A DNA stretch of 64,000 nt from Acidimicrobiia bacterium (lineage in GTDB: Bacteria > Actinomycetota > Acidimicrobiia > IMCC26256 > JBBRZM01): assembly GCA_038236695.1 (NCBI GenBank), contig JBBRZM010000001.1, forward strand, positions 90,430 through 154,429, given 5' to 3'. The notes under the pieces are model-generated. The model saw only the letters and a program-made list of their open reading frames with translations, had not been told where the DNA came from and ran no database searches. Position 1 is the stretch's first letter. The number at the start of each line of letters is the position of its first letter. Both the position numbers and the translations under genes were made by a program. This document shows, in pieces, positions 31,382 through 41,695 of this stretch.

Positions 31382-32743
31382 CTACGACGCAGCCTCCGCA
31401 AGTGACTCGGAGAGTGCCGGATGCACGAGCAGGGAGTCGACGATGTCGACGACCTTCAGACCATTCGTCACCGCGACAGCGACCACGCTGATGAGCTCCG
31501 CCGCGCTGCGCCCGACGATGGAGCCGCCCAGCACCACGCCCGTCGCGGGGTCGGACACAATCTTCACGAACCCGCGGGGATCGCCCTGGATCAGCGCCTT
31601 CGCGTTCGCCGAGAACGGCACTTTCGTCACCCGGATCTTGCGGCCGACCGCGAACGCGTCGGCCTCCGCGAGCCCCACGTCCGCGATCTCGGGCTCGGTG
31701 AAGATCGCCGACGCGGCCTTGTCGTAATCGAGGTGGCGGTGCTGGCGCGCGTGCAGTCCCATCACGCGCTCGGCGATCTTGCGTCCTTGCATCGCTGCCA
31801 CCGACGAGAGCGGCAGCTTCCCCGACAGGTCGCCGGCGGCATAGATGTGCTCGACGTTGCACTGGCAGTTGTGGTTGATCGGAATGGTGCCGTTCTCCGC
31901 CATCTCCACGCCGGCGTTCTCGAGGCCGAGGCCCTCCGAGTTGGGTACGGAGCCGATCGCGAGCACGACGTGCGACGCGTCGATGGAGCGGCCGTCATTG
32001 CATCCGATCATGACGCGGTCACCGTCGCGCTCGATGCGCTCGGCCCGTGCGCCCTTCAAGAGCCGCACTCCGCGCTCGAGGAACGACGCCTCGAGCACGG
32101 CGGCCACCTCGGGATCTTTGTGTGGAAGCACTTGCTGGCGCGAGACGACGAGCGTCACCTCGGCGCCGAGCGAGCTGAACAGGTGGGTGAACTCGACGCC
32201 GGTCACGCCCGATCCGATGACGGCCAGGTGCGACGGGATCTCGGGTGGCGGATACGCCTCTCGCGTCGTGAGGACGCGTTCACCGTCGAGCGGGGCCCAC
32301 TCCGGCACGCGCGGCCGGGAGCCGGTCGCGAGCACGATCGCGTCGGCCTCGACCTCCTCGATGCCGTCGGCGGTCTCGGCAACCACCTCGTAGGGTCCCT
32401 TGAGCCTCGCGGTGCCGCGGATCAGGCGGACATCCTGCGACACGAGCAGCTCGGTGATCGCCAAGCGCAATCGCTGCTCGATCGACGCGACGCGCTCGCG
32501 CAGCGCGGGCAGGTCGAGATGTCCGTGCGCCTCCAGGCCCATGGTCCGAGCCCGCGCCAGCTCCGACAGCTCGCCGCCGGTCGCGATCATCGCCTTGGAC
32601 GGGATGCAATCCCAAAGGTGCGCCGCGCCACCGAGGACGTCCCGCTCGATCAACGTGACCTCCGCACCGAGACTCGCCGCGACCGAGGCCGAGGTGTTGC
32701 CGGCAGGGCCGCCGCCGATGATCACGAGTCGCGTGGGAGCCAC
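31382..32743 (-). CDS. NAD(P)H-quinone dehydrogenase (LpdA-like flavoprotein)
   Basis: GGGPAG, LWDCIPSK (only one redox Cys), GSGVTGVE, VHPALSE. Confidence 0.85.
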   Translation of the reverse strand: MAPTRLVIIGGGPAGNTSASVAASLGAEVTLIERDVLGGAAHLWDCIPSKAMIATGGELSELARARTMGLEAHGHLDLPALRERVASIEQRLRLAITELLVSQDVRLIRGTARLKGPYEVVAETADGIEEVEADAIVLATGSRPRVPEWAPLDGERVLTTREAYPPPEIPSHLAVIGSGVTGVEFTHLFSSLGAEVTLVVSRQQVLPHKDPEVAAVLEASFLERGVRLLKGARAERIERDGDRVMIGCNDGRSIDASHVVLAIGSVPNSEGLGLENAGVEMAENGTIPINHNCQCNVEHIYAAGDLSGKLPLSSVAAMQGRKIAERVMGLHARQHRHLDYDKAASAIFTEPEIADVGLAEADAFAVGRKIRVTKVPFSANAKALIQGDPRGFVKIVSDPATGVVLGGSIVGRSAAELISVVAVAVTNGLKVVDIVDSLLVHPALSESLAEAAS

Positions 32744-32806
32744 GCGCCAAGGCTACGTGAGCCTCGCGGGCGTCAGCGCCGGCGATGACCGTTAGCCTGC
32801 CGTCTC

Positions 32807-33748
32807 GTGCCCGAGCTCCGCCACGATCCATTGAGCGGCGCCCTCGTGATCGTCGCCGCGGAACGGGCGGCGCGTCCGCACACGTTCCCGTCGGTCACGG
32901 CCCCGGCCGCGCAACCGCCCGACGACTGCCCGTTCTGTTCGGGCCACGAGACGATGACCCCGCCCGAGATCGCGCGTACGGGCACGGGCGAACCCGAGAC
33001 GCCCGGATGGCGCGTACGCGTAGTTCCCAACCTCTATCCCGTTGTCGGAGGGGATCAGGCGGGTGAGGGTGCCACCGGCGCGCACGAAGTCGTCGTGCTG
33101 TCGCCCGCACACACCATTTCGTTCGGCCGGCTCGACGACGAGCAGGCCGCCGAAGTGTTGATGGTGATGCGCGACCGCGTGCGGGCCCATCTTGACGCCG
33201 GGCGCAGTTACGTGCAGGCGTTGATCAACCACGGGTTGGCCGCGGGCGCGTCGATCGAGCATCCGCACACACAAGTCGTCGCGCTCGACTTGGTGCCACC
33301 CGCGGTCGAGGTCGGCCTCGCACGCGTCGACGCGGCCGGACACGACCTCGTGGCCGAAGCCGTTGCGCACGCGCCCGACGACCGGCTCGCGGTGATCGAG
33401 GGAGCGGCAGTGGCCTGGTGTCCCTGGGCGAGCGGCACGCCGTACCAGATACGCGTGGCGCACCGCTCGACGCGCGCGGCGTTCGAGGCCGCGGCCGACG
33501 CCGAGGTGCGCGTCGTGGCCATCGCGACTCGCGACGCGCTCGCGCGTCTCGCAGTCGCGCTCGGCGACGTGCCCTACAACCTGGTCGTACGCACGGCACC
33601 GCCGGGGCGCGTCGGGTTCTTCCACTGGTACATCGACGTACTCCCGAAGATCAGCGTGGTCGCCGGCTTCGAACAGGGCACGGGCATCCTGGTCAACATC
33701 GTGCCGCCGGAGCACGCAGTCAGGCGCTTGAGCGAGGTCGTGCCGTGA
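32807..33748 (+). CDS. galactose-1-phosphate uridylyltransferase-like protein
   Basis: CPFC, VRVVPNLYP, AGASIEHPHTQ, AGFEQGTG. Confidence 0.85.
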   Translation: MPELRHDPLSGALVIVAAERAARPHTFPSVTAPAAQPPDDCPFCSGHETMTPPEIARTGTGEPETPGWRVRVVPNLYPVVGGDQAGEGATGAHEVVVLSPAHTISFGRLDDEQAAEVLMVMRDRVRAHLDAGRSYVQALINHGLAAGASIEHPHTQVVALDLVPPAVEVGLARVDAAGHDLVAEAVAHAPDDRLAVIEGAAVAWCPWASGTPYQIRVAHRSTRAAFEAAADAEVRVVAIATRDALARLAVALGDVPYNLVVRTAPPGRVGFFHWYIDVLPKISVVAGFEQGTGILVNIVPPEHAVRRLSEVVP

Positions 33749-34191
33749 CGATTCGAATACGAGTTTCCACCACCATCGACGCGCCGCCCGCCCAGGTGTG
33801 GGACGTCATCGAGCCGGTAGAGCGTCATGTCGACTGGATGGCTGACGCCGTGCGCATCACCTTTCGCGGCGAAGGCCATCGCGGCGTCGGCACCCGTTTC
33901 GAGTGCCTCACACGCGTCGGGCCGGTGACGACCACCGACGTCATGACGATCACCGAGTGGCGCCCGCGTGAGTCGATGGGTATCGAGCACGAGGGTGTCA
34001 TCTCCGGCGCCGGCCGGTTCACGCTTCGGCGCAAGCGGCGTGGGCGCACGAAGTTCGGGTGGGACGAACGCTTGCGATTCCCGTGGTGGATGGGTGGCGT
34101 CGTCGGCGAACGGGCTGCCTGGCCGCTGCTGCGACGGATGTGGCGAGCGAACCTCATCCGCCTCAAGCACGAGGTTGAGAGCGGCCGCTGA
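33745..34191 (+). CDS. SRPBCC family protein
   Basis: IDAPPAQVW, GVGTRF, WDERLRFPWW; GTGA overlap. Confidence 0.75.
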   Translation: MTIRIRVSTTIDAPPAQVWDVIEPVERHVDWMADAVRITFRGEGHRGVGTRFECLTRVGPVTTTDVMTITEWRPRESMGIEHEGVISGAGRFTLRRKRRGRTKFGWDERLRFPWWMGGVVGERAAWPLLRRMWRANLIRLKHEVESGR

Positions 34192-34243
34192 CCCGCAGCC
34201 GCAGTTCCATCCGCGTGGCGCCCGCAAATTCTGGCGGCAGGGG

Positions 34244-35023
34244 TCAACGCCCGCGGAACTTCGCTTTCCCCGGCCCCTTTTCGAGGAAGCTGCGCACGCC
34301 CGTCGCCGCGTCGTCGGTGGCCAACACTTCGACGAACGCATCGGCCTCGATGTCGATGCCGGTCGCGAGTGGCCCGTCGAGACCCCCGTCGATCGCGCGC
34401 TTGGCGAGGCCCATGGCGACGACGGCGCCGCCTGCGAGCTCAGCTGCCCACCCGAGCGCCTGGTCGAGCACTCCGCCGGCGTCCACCTCGCGATCGACGA
34501 GCCCGATCGCGAGCGCCTCGTCGGCTCGCACCTGCCGTCCGCTCCACACCAGCTCCTTGGCGCGCGCCGGCCCCACCAGACGGGGAAGGCGCTGCGTGCC
34601 ACCGGCTCCGGGAATGATGCCGAGCAGGATCTCGGGTTGACCCAGCCGTGCCGAGTCACCGGCGACGCGCAGATCACACGCGAGCGCGAGCTCGAGACCG
34701 CCGCCCAGAGCGAAACCGTTGATCGCGGCGATCACCGGCCGGGGAATCGCGGCGACCGCATCGAACGCGGCGCGGAAGGTCGCGCTGACCGTACGCGCCG
34801 CCGCCGGATCGCCGAACTCGCTGATGTCGGCGCCGGCAGCGAACGCGCTGCCTCCCCCGGTGACGACAACGGCTTTGAGGTCAGCGTCGCCCGCGAGATC
34901 ACGCGCCGTATCGGCGAGCTGCTCGAGCAGCGCGATCGACAGCGCGTTCACCGGCGGGCGGTCGAGTGTGACGAGCGCGACGCCGTCGGCGCGCCGCTCG
35001 GATCGGATGAACGTGTCGGTCAT
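34244..35023 (-). CDS. enoyl-CoA hydratase/isomerase
   Basis: FAAGADI, ALGGGLEL, PEILLGIIPGAGGTQRL. Confidence 0.92.
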   Translation of the reverse strand: MTDTFIRSERRADGVALVTLDRPPVNALSIALLEQLADTARDLAGDADLKAVVVTGGGSAFAAGADISEFGDPAAARTVSATFRAAFDAVAAIPRPVIAAINGFALGGGLELALACDLRVAGDSARLGQPEILLGIIPGAGGTQRLPRLVGPARAKELVWSGRQVRADEALAIGLVDREVDAGGVLDQALGWAAELAGGAVVAMGLAKRAIDGGLDGPLATGIDIEADAFVEVLATDDAATGVRSFLEKGPGKAKFRGR

Positions 35024-35047
35024 GGCCCCGGAGGCTACCGGGACTGG

Positions 35048-35992
35048 TCAGCTCCCGGAGTCGAGCAGCTCGGCGGCCGCCGCGTACGGATCAAGCTCCC
35101 GCGCTGCCACTTGCGAAACCAGCTTGTCGAACTGCTCGCCCTCGCACCGATCGTCGACCTGCGTCTGGAGGCGAGCGAGGACGATGGAGCGCAGCTCGTC
35201 GCGAATCCGCGCGTGACGCGCCAACTGCAGCCGCCCCTCGGTCTCGATGAACGACCGGTGCGCGCCCACGGCGTCCCACAGCTCGTCGACACCCTTGCCG
35301 CTCGTGGCAACGGTCTCGATGATCGGAGGTCGCCACTCGCGCGCCGCGGCAACCTCGAGCATCTGTTGCAAATCGTGCACCGTCGCGTGCGCGCCGTCGC
35401 GGTCGGCCTTGTTGACCACGAACACATCGGCAATCTCCATCAGGCCGGCCTTTGCTGCCTGCACGCTGTCGCCCCACCCGGGAGTGACGACCACGACGGT
35501 GGTGTCGGCTGCGTCCGCGATCTCCACTTCCACCTGTCCCACGCCCACAGTCTCGACGATGATCCACGGCTTGCCCGCGGCGTCGAGTACGCGCACGGCC
35601 TGCGGCGTGGCGAGCGCGAGCCCACCGAGGTGGCCTCGCGTCGCCATCGATCGGATGAACACGTGCTCGTCGGTCGCGTGGCCTTGCATCCGCACGCGGT
35701 CGCCGAGGATCGCGCCGCCGCTGAACGGGCTCGACGGGTCGACCGCGAGCACGCCGACGCCGAGACGCTCACTCCGAATGCGACTGACCACCCGGTCGGT
35801 CAACGTGGACTTCCCCGAACCCGGCGCGCCGGTGACACCGACGATGTACGCGTTGCCGGTGTGCGCGAAGAGCCGTCCCACTGCTGCGAATGCGTCGTCA
35901 CCACCGGATTCGACGAGCGAGATCAGTCTCGCGATCGCGCCTCGGTCGCCGCGAAGAGTCGCGTCGACGAGCGCGACCGGATCGTTGCGCAA
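35048..35992 (-). CDS. meaB: B12-mutase-associated GTPase MeaB
   Basis: GAPGSGKST, VDPSSPFSGGAILGDRVRM, ETVGVGQ, NKAD. Confidence 0.92.
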   Translation of the reverse strand: MRNDPVALVDATLRGDRGAIARLISLVESGGDDAFAAVGRLFAHTGNAYIVGVTGAPGSGKSTLTDRVVSRIRSERLGVGVLAVDPSSPFSGGAILGDRVRMQGHATDEHVFIRSMATRGHLGGLALATPQAVRVLDAAGKPWIIVETVGVGQVEVEIADAADTTVVVVTPGWGDSVQAAKAGLMEIADVFVVNKADRDGAHATVHDLQQMLEVAAAREWRPPIIETVATSGKGVDELWDAVGAHRSFIETEGRLQLARHARIRDELRSIVLARLQTQVDDRCEGEQFDKLVSQVAARELDPYAAAAELLDSGS

Positions 35993-35999
35993 GTGCGCG

Positions 36000-36254
36000 C
36001 TACTCGTCGGCGACGACTGCGGTGATACCCGACGCACGATCCATGATGATGCGCTCGACGCCGGCTTTGAGCGTCATCGTGGAGACCGGGCACGTGCCGC
36101 AGGCACCCACGAGCGTGACGTGCACGACATTGTCGGCGTCGATCTCGTTGAACACGATGTCGCCACCATCGCTCTGCAGCGCGGGACGGATCGCGTCGAT
36201 CGCCTCGATGACGCTCTCCTCCCGGCTCGCAGCAGTATCAGTGTCGGGCGCCAT
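36000..36254 (-). CDS. NifU C-terminal domain (Nfu) protein
   Basis: IRPALQSDGGD, GACGTCP. Confidence 0.9.
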   Translation of the reverse strand: MAPDTDTAASREESVIEAIDAIRPALQSDGGDIVFNEIDADNVVHVTLVGACGTCPVSTMTLKAGVERIIMDRASGITAVVADE

Positions 36255-36349
36255 GGTGTGGTCTCCTGGGATCATCCGCGTAGGGACGGGAACACCCCAG
36301 TATCGCAGCCCATTCCCCGATGCCGGAACCGGCAATCAACACCGTGCGT

Positions 36350-37609
36350 TCAGTCCGTGACGCGCTGCACGTCGGCCCCGAGGCATCGGAGCTTGCCCGC
36401 GAGGTCGGCGTAGCCCCGATCGACGTGGAACGGGTCGAGGACTTCGGTCTCCCCATCGGCCGCGAGGCCCGCGATCACGAGCGCCGCGCCGGCCCGTACG
36501 TCGAGCGCCCGCACCGGCGCGCCCGACAGGCGCGGCACGCCCCGCACCACCGCGTGGCGGCCTTCGTTGCGGATGTCGGCCCCCATGCGGTTGAGCTCGT
36601 CGATGAAGCTGAAGCGGTTGTCGAACAAGTTCTCGGTGACGATCGCCGTTCCTTCGGCAGTGGCCAGCAGCGCTACGACCAGGGGCATGAAGTCGGTCGC
36701 GAAACCCGGATAGGGCAGCGTCGCGATGTCGACAGCGCGGAGGCGGCCGTCGGCGCGGGCCCACAAGCCGTCCGGCGTGGGCGACACCTTCAAACCCATC
36801 TCGCCGAGCTTGAGCACGATCCGCTCGAGGTGCTCCAGGCGCGTGCCGTGAATCTCGATCTCGCCGCCCGCGATGCCGCACGCCATGAGGTACGTGCCGC
36901 CTTCGATGCGGTCGCCCATGAGCTCAGTGTCGACCGGCTGCAGTTCCTCGACGCCTTCCACCTCGATCGTCGAGGTCCCCGCGCCTTCTACCTTCCCACC
37001 CATGCGGTTGAGACAGGCGGCGAGGTCGGTGATCTCCGGTTCGCGAGCTGCGTTCTCGATCACGGTTTGGCCCTTCGCGAGCACCGCGGCGGTCAGCAAG
37101 TTTTCCGTCGCGCCCACACTCGGGAAGTCGAGCACGACGCGCGCGCCGCACAATGCCGGGCAATGCGCCTCGATGAAGCCGTGCACGACGTCGAGCTCCG
37201 CGCCCATCGCCGCGAGCCCGGTGATGTGCATGTCGAGCTTGCGATTCCCGATGTTGTCGCCGCCGGGCATCGCGACACGCGCTTCACCGCAACGCGCCAG
37301 CAACGGTCCGAGCACGTTGATTGACGCGCGCAACTGGCTGACGAGCTCGTAGGGCGCCTCGGGCTGCAACGGACCGGTCGCGTCGATCTGCAGCTCGTGG
37401 TCGCCTGTCCATTTGACCGGCGCGCCGATGGCGCGCAGCACGGCGACCATCACGTCGAGGTCGGCGACCGGCTGCACGTTGCGCAGCACGGTGACGCCCG
37501 GTGCAAGGAGCGCCGCGGCCATCAACTTGAGACCCGAGTTCTTGGTGGCTCCGGCGACCCGCACCGTGCCCGAGAGCGGTGCGCCCGGCCGCACGAAGAA
37601 GCGGTCCAT
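36350..37609 (-). CDS. murA: UDP-N-acetylglucosamine 1-carboxyvinyltransferase
   Basis: LRAS, PGGDNIG, SVGATEN, AAREPEI, YPGFATD, DRGY. Confidence 0.95.
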   Translation of the reverse strand: MDRFFVRPGAPLSGTVRVAGATKNSGLKLMAAALLAPGVTVLRNVQPVADLDVMVAVLRAIGAPVKWTGDHELQIDATGPLQPEAPYELVSQLRASINVLGPLLARCGEARVAMPGGDNIGNRKLDMHITGLAAMGAELDVVHGFIEAHCPALCGARVVLDFPSVGATENLLTAAVLAKGQTVIENAAREPEITDLAACLNRMGGKVEGAGTSTIEVEGVEELQPVDTELMGDRIEGGTYLMACGIAGGEIEIHGTRLEHLERIVLKLGEMGLKVSPTPDGLWARADGRLRAVDIATLPYPGFATDFMPLVVALLATAEGTAIVTENLFDNRFSFIDELNRMGADIRNEGRHAVVRGVPRLSGAPVRALDVRAGAALVIAGLAADGETEVLDPFHVDRGYADLAGKLRCLGADVQRVTD

Positions 37610-37635
37610 GAGGGGCAAGGGTACGCCGGGTGGAC

Positions 37636-38457
37636 TCAATGGCCCCGGTAGTCGGGCGTGCGCTGCTCCACAAAGGCGCTGATGGCCTCTTTCATGTCAT
37701 CGGATTGCAGGCAGACGGCCTGGCTCGCGGCCTCGACGCGCAGTCCGTCACGCAGCGCGGCATCGAACGCGGCATCGATGGCGCGCTTCGCGCCTTGCAC
37801 TGCCAGCGGCGGCTGGGCGGCAAGAGCGGCCGCGAGTGCCGTGACCGTCGACTCCAACTCCGCGTCGGGCACGACGCGCTCTGCGAGACCGATGCGTTCG
37901 GCCTCGGCCGCGTCGATCCTGGCGGCGGTGAAGATGAGCTCCTTCGCCTTCCCGGCACCGACGAGACGCGGGAGCCGCTGGGTGCCGCCGAGATCGGGGA
38001 TGATGCCGTAGTTGAACTCGAGCAGGCCGAGCTGCGTACCTTCCGCGACGACGCGCAGGTCACACGCCAGCGCGAGCTGGAGACCGGCGCCGAGTGCGTA
38101 GCCGCGAATGGCGGCGATGGTGGCGAACGGCGCCTCTTGCAGCCAGGTGAACGAGTCTTGCGTGCGCAGCACGGTGTCGATGACCGGGTCTGAGTCACGC
38201 TCCCCGGCGTCGGGATCCGCGCCGAGCCCGTCGCCACCGGTGAGCGAGTCGGCGAACACCGACGTGTCGATGCCGCTCGAGAACGCCCGTCCTTCTCCGA
38301 TGACCACGAGCACCCGCAGCTCGGGGTCGTCGCGAAGGTCGGCGCCGAGAGCGCGCATCTCCCACCACATTTGCGGAGTGAACGAGTTGAGACGGTCGGG
38401 ACGGTCGAGCCGGAGCCAGCCGACGTGACCGTCACGCTCCAGACGCAGCGTCTCCAT
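37636..38457 (-). CDS. enoyl-CoA hydratase/isomerase
   Basis: FSSGID, ALGAGLQL, EFNYGIIPDLGGTQRL. Confidence 0.9.
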   Translation of the reverse strand: METLRLERDGHVGWLRLDRPDRLNSFTPQMWWEMRALGADLRDDPELRVLVVIGEGRAFSSGIDTSVFADSLTGGDGLGADPDAGERDSDPVIDTVLRTQDSFTWLQEAPFATIAAIRGYALGAGLQLALACDLRVVAEGTQLGLLEFNYGIIPDLGGTQRLPRLVGAGKAKELIFTAARIDAAEAERIGLAERVVPDAELESTVTALAAALAAQPPLAVQGAKRAIDAAFDAALRDGLRVEAASQAVCLQSDDMKEAISAFVEQRTPDYRGH

Positions 38458-39010
38458 CGACCGATCCTTCGCGTGCGTTGCGGTCGGCGAGCGCGATACC
38501 GAGCGCGCGCCGCTGGCGGGTCGAGACGGTAATACGCACGACCGACACCGTCGTGACGAAACCGAGGAGATCACGCGGCTCGACCGCTTGCGCGACCGCC
38601 CAATCGGGCACGTGGGCCGCGAGGTCGTCGGCGGCGAGCACCTCATAGGGGTCGGCCGCATCACAGAGTCGGGCCGCGAGGTTGACCGGACCGCCGATGT
38701 AGTCGTCGCCCTCGAACAGGATGACGGCACCACCGGCGATGCCTGCACGCAGCGGCAACGTGGTGCCGGCAGCCGCGGTGCGCTCTTCGATCTCGAGCAC
38801 CGTCGCGATCACGGCCGGCGCCTCGGTGCCCACGAACATCGCCCCGTCGCCGAGCCACTTGGCGACTCGCACGCCGTGGTCGGATGCCACCTCGCGCACG
38901 ACGCCGCGGAAATTGGTGAGCACCGCGACCGCGGCCTCGTCGCCGTGCACCTCGGTATAACGGGTAAAACCCGAAAGGTCGATGAAGGCAAAGAACCGTT
39001 CAACCCGCAT
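38432..39010 (-). CDS. stand-alone class III adenylate cyclase domain protein
   Basis: FIDLSGFT, KWLGDG, DYIGGPVNLAARL. Confidence 0.85.
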   Translation of the reverse strand: MRVERFFAFIDLSGFTRYTEVHGDEAAVAVLTNFRGVVREVASDHGVRVAKWLGDGAMFVGTEAPAVIATVLEIEERTAAAGTTLPLRAGIAGGAVILFEGDDYIGGPVNLAARLCDAADPYEVLAADDLAAHVPDWAVAQAVEPRDLLGFVTTVSVVRITVSTRQRRALGIALADRNAREGSVDGDAASGA

Positions 39011-39066
39011 GCCTCAAGTGTGGCCGCATCCATGGCGCGAGCACGAACACAGGGCGGTGACCGGTG

Positions 39067-39726
39067 TCACAGGGCCAGTCCCAACACCCATCCGGTGCCA
39101 ACTTCCGCGCTCTCTGCGATGGTGTCGTCGATGGTGCGGCCGCTCGACTTCAACGGGCGGAAGCCGTGATCGGCAGTCTCGAGCCAGTGAAACGTGACCG
39201 CGCCGCTGATCGTGCGCGCGGCCGTTTGCAACGCTGTCTGTCCGCCCAACGCGTCGCGCGTACCGCTCATGAACAAACACGGCACCTTCAGACGCGGGAA
39301 GTGCTCGACGCGCTGCTTCTCGGGCTTCCCCGCGGCGTGGAGCGGATAGCCGAGCAACAACAGGCCGAGCGCGGGGACGGGGTCGTCCGCGTCGCCGACG
39401 ATCAACGAGCAGTACCGACCGCCCATCGAACGCCCGCCCAGCACGAGCCGGTCGGGCGGCAGTCTCGTGCGCCGCGCCAGCTCGGCCGCGGCCTCACGCG
39501 TGGCCGCGTCCAGCACCTTGGGACGGTCGGGTGCCTTCTTGCCCGCCCTGCGATACGAATAGTTGAACCGCAGCGACGGCACACCGGCGCGCGCGAGCGC
39601 GCCCGCAACCGCGACGAGTGCTCGGGCGTCCATGTCGGCGCCGGCGCCGTGCGCGAGCAGGACCGCCCGGTCGGCGCCACGCTTCGGCCCCTCGTACGCG
39701 TACTCCGTCACCAACGCATCGCTCAC
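39067..39726 (-). CDS. alpha/beta hydrolase (KANL3/Tex30-like)
   Basis: LAHGAG, GGRSMGGR, GYPLH, GTRD, DHG. Confidence 0.85.
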   Translation of the reverse strand: MSDALVTEYAYEGPKRGADRAVLLAHGAGADMDARALVAVAGALARAGVPSLRFNYSYRRAGKKAPDRPKVLDAATREAAAELARRTRLPPDRLVLGGRSMGGRYCSLIVGDADDPVPALGLLLLGYPLHAAGKPEKQRVEHFPRLKVPCLFMSGTRDALGGQTALQTAARTISGAVTFHWLETADHGFRPLKSSGRTIDDTIAESAEVGTGWVLGLAL

Positions 39727-39789
39727 CCGAACCCCCAACGTTTGTGCGCCAACGTGGTGTATAGGAACCGGTATTGCACAAACGGCGGG

Positions 39790-41628
39790 TTAGCGGCGGA
39801 GGACCCAGCGGGTGAGAAAGGCGTCGGTGCGTTCGAGGTCGTCCTGCACGGTCTCGGGCCGGGTCCAGCCGTGGCCCTCGCCGTCGTACACGTGGTGCTC
39901 GACCGGCGCGCCCGCACGTCGCAGCGCGTCGACGAGGCGCTCCGCCTGACCGGGCGGGACCACCTTGTCGTCAGCGCCCTGCAACACGAGGACGGGCACG
40001 GAGATCTCGCTCGCACGCGTCACCGGTGAGCGTTCGCGATACCGATAGGCGTCTCGGGGCAGCTCACCGACGATGCGATCGAGATAGCGCGACTCGAACC
40101 GATGCGTCGTCTCGGCAAGATCGAACAGGTCGGTGACGCCGTACAGGCTCACACCCGCGCGCACCACGTTCTCACGCGCGCAGACGAGCAGCGTCGTGAA
40201 CCCACCCGCGCTGCCCCCGAGAATCGCGATGCGCTCGGCGTGACACCACCGCTTCCGTACCGCGTGACGGATCCCGGTCACCACATCGTCGACATCACGC
40301 TCGCCCCACTGTCCGGCAAGCGCCTCCGCATAGACGCGCCCGTAACCCGTCGACCCGCGGGCGTTGGGCGCGAGCACCGCCCAGCCCCGGTCGACGAAGT
40401 AGTGCACCCGAGGCATCCAGTCGGCGAGGGCCTGGCTGGTGGGACCGCCGTGGACGTGCACCAGTAGCGGCGGGCGCACCAGCAGCTCACCGTTGGCGCC
40501 GCGCGGCCGCCAGAGCAGCCCGTGCACAGTCGCCTTCGCCACGCCCGTCCACGTCACGTCCTCCGGCTCCACGAGCGAGTCGCTCTCGAATCCGGCGACG
40601 GCGCCACGAGCGATCTCGCGCCGGTTCGAACCGTCGGACTCCATCGCCGTGATTGTTGGCGGCGTGCGTGCGCCGGAACGCACGCACAAGATTCCTGCAG
40701 CGGTCCAGTCCAGTCCGCGGTGCCATCCCTTCGACAGCTCGCGCAACGGGCTGTGCGCGCCGCGGCCAGAGGTCCCGGCACTCGACGCGCTCACGAGCCG
40801 GCCGAAGCCTCCTTCGTTGCGTTGCAACGCGATCCTGCTGCCGTCGGGCGAAAACGCGAAGGAACGTTGGCCCGGGCCCCATGCCGGCTCTGCTTGTTCG
40901 TGCGGCTCGGGAAGCACGGCCCGGGCGCGGGACCCATCGGGCTTCGCGATCCACACGTTGGCCCATCCCGACCGGTCGGTGACATACGCGAGCGCGTCAC
41001 CCGAAGGCGAGAACCGCGGCTGCCCGACCGCTTCCTTGTCGCCACCGGCGATCGCGCGCGTCGTACCCGAGTCGAGGTCGGCAAGCACGATGCGCGATCC
41101 ATCCCACGGCATGTTGGGCAGATCCCATTCGTGCCATGCCAGCGAGTGCCCGTCGGGCGACCAGGCGGGGTCCCACGTGTAATCGGCGCCGGTCGATACC
41201 CGCTGCGGCCACGCCGAACCGTCGAGCGGCACAACGGCGATGTCGCACGCGTCGTCGCGCTCGAGTACGAACGCGACCCGAGAGCCGTCGGGCGACACGG
41301 CCGGCGCCGCTGCCTTGCCGCCTCTGGTCAGCGCCCGTGGCGGCGCGAGCGGTGAGAGCGCCCAGAGCCGGCCGTCAGCGCCGGCGGCGACGACCTCGTG
41401 CTCGCCCGCCCAGACAAACGCGCCGCCCCCGTACGCGCCGATCGGGGTCAGCGGGTGATCGGGGCTGAGCACGGTCGTCGGCACCGACCCATCGAGGCGC
41501 CCGAGCACCAGGTCGACACGGGCCGAGAACGCATCGCACCAGGCCAGAGCCTCTGGGACCGGCCCCCAGCGCGGCTCACCCATCCCATGGGAGCGTGCGA
41601 CCATGCCGGCCGAGATCGTCGGTGCCAC
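39790..41628 (-). CDS. S9 family peptidase
   Basis: Propeller repeats (SPDG), HGGP, GGSAGG, DDKVV, EGHG; start inferred from TAGCCT-N8-GTG. Confidence 0.9.
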   Translation of the reverse strand: MAPTISAGMVARSHGMGEPRWGPVPEALAWCDAFSARVDLVLGRLDGSVPTTVLSPDHPLTPIGAYGGGAFVWAGEHEVVAAGADGRLWALSPLAPPRALTRGGKAAAPAVSPDGSRVAFVLERDDACDIAVVPLDGSAWPQRVSTGADYTWDPAWSPDGHSLAWHEWDLPNMPWDGSRIVLADLDSGTTRAIAGGDKEAVGQPRFSPSGDALAYVTDRSGWANVWIAKPDGSRARAVLPEPHEQAEPAWGPGQRSFAFSPDGSRIALQRNEGGFGRLVSASSAGTSGRGAHSPLRELSKGWHRGLDWTAAGILCVRSGARTPPTITAMESDGSNRREIARGAVAGFESDSLVEPEDVTWTGVAKATVHGLLWRPRGANGELLVRPPLLVHVHGGPTSQALADWMPRVHYFVDRGWAVLAPNARGSTGYGRVYAEALAGQWGERDVDDVVTGIRHAVRKRWCHAERIAILGGSAGGFTTLLVCARENVVRAGVSLYGVTDLFDLAETTHRFESRYLDRIVGELPRDAYRYRERSPVTRASEISVPVLVLQGADDKVVPPGQAERLVDALRRAGAPVEHHVYDGEGHGWTRPETVQDDLERTDAFLTRWVLRR

Positions 41629-41695
41629 TGACCCGGAGGCTAGCGCCGGAGGCTCCATTTGCCCCCGGGAGTCTGGCGCTCCAAGCTGGCCGGTC

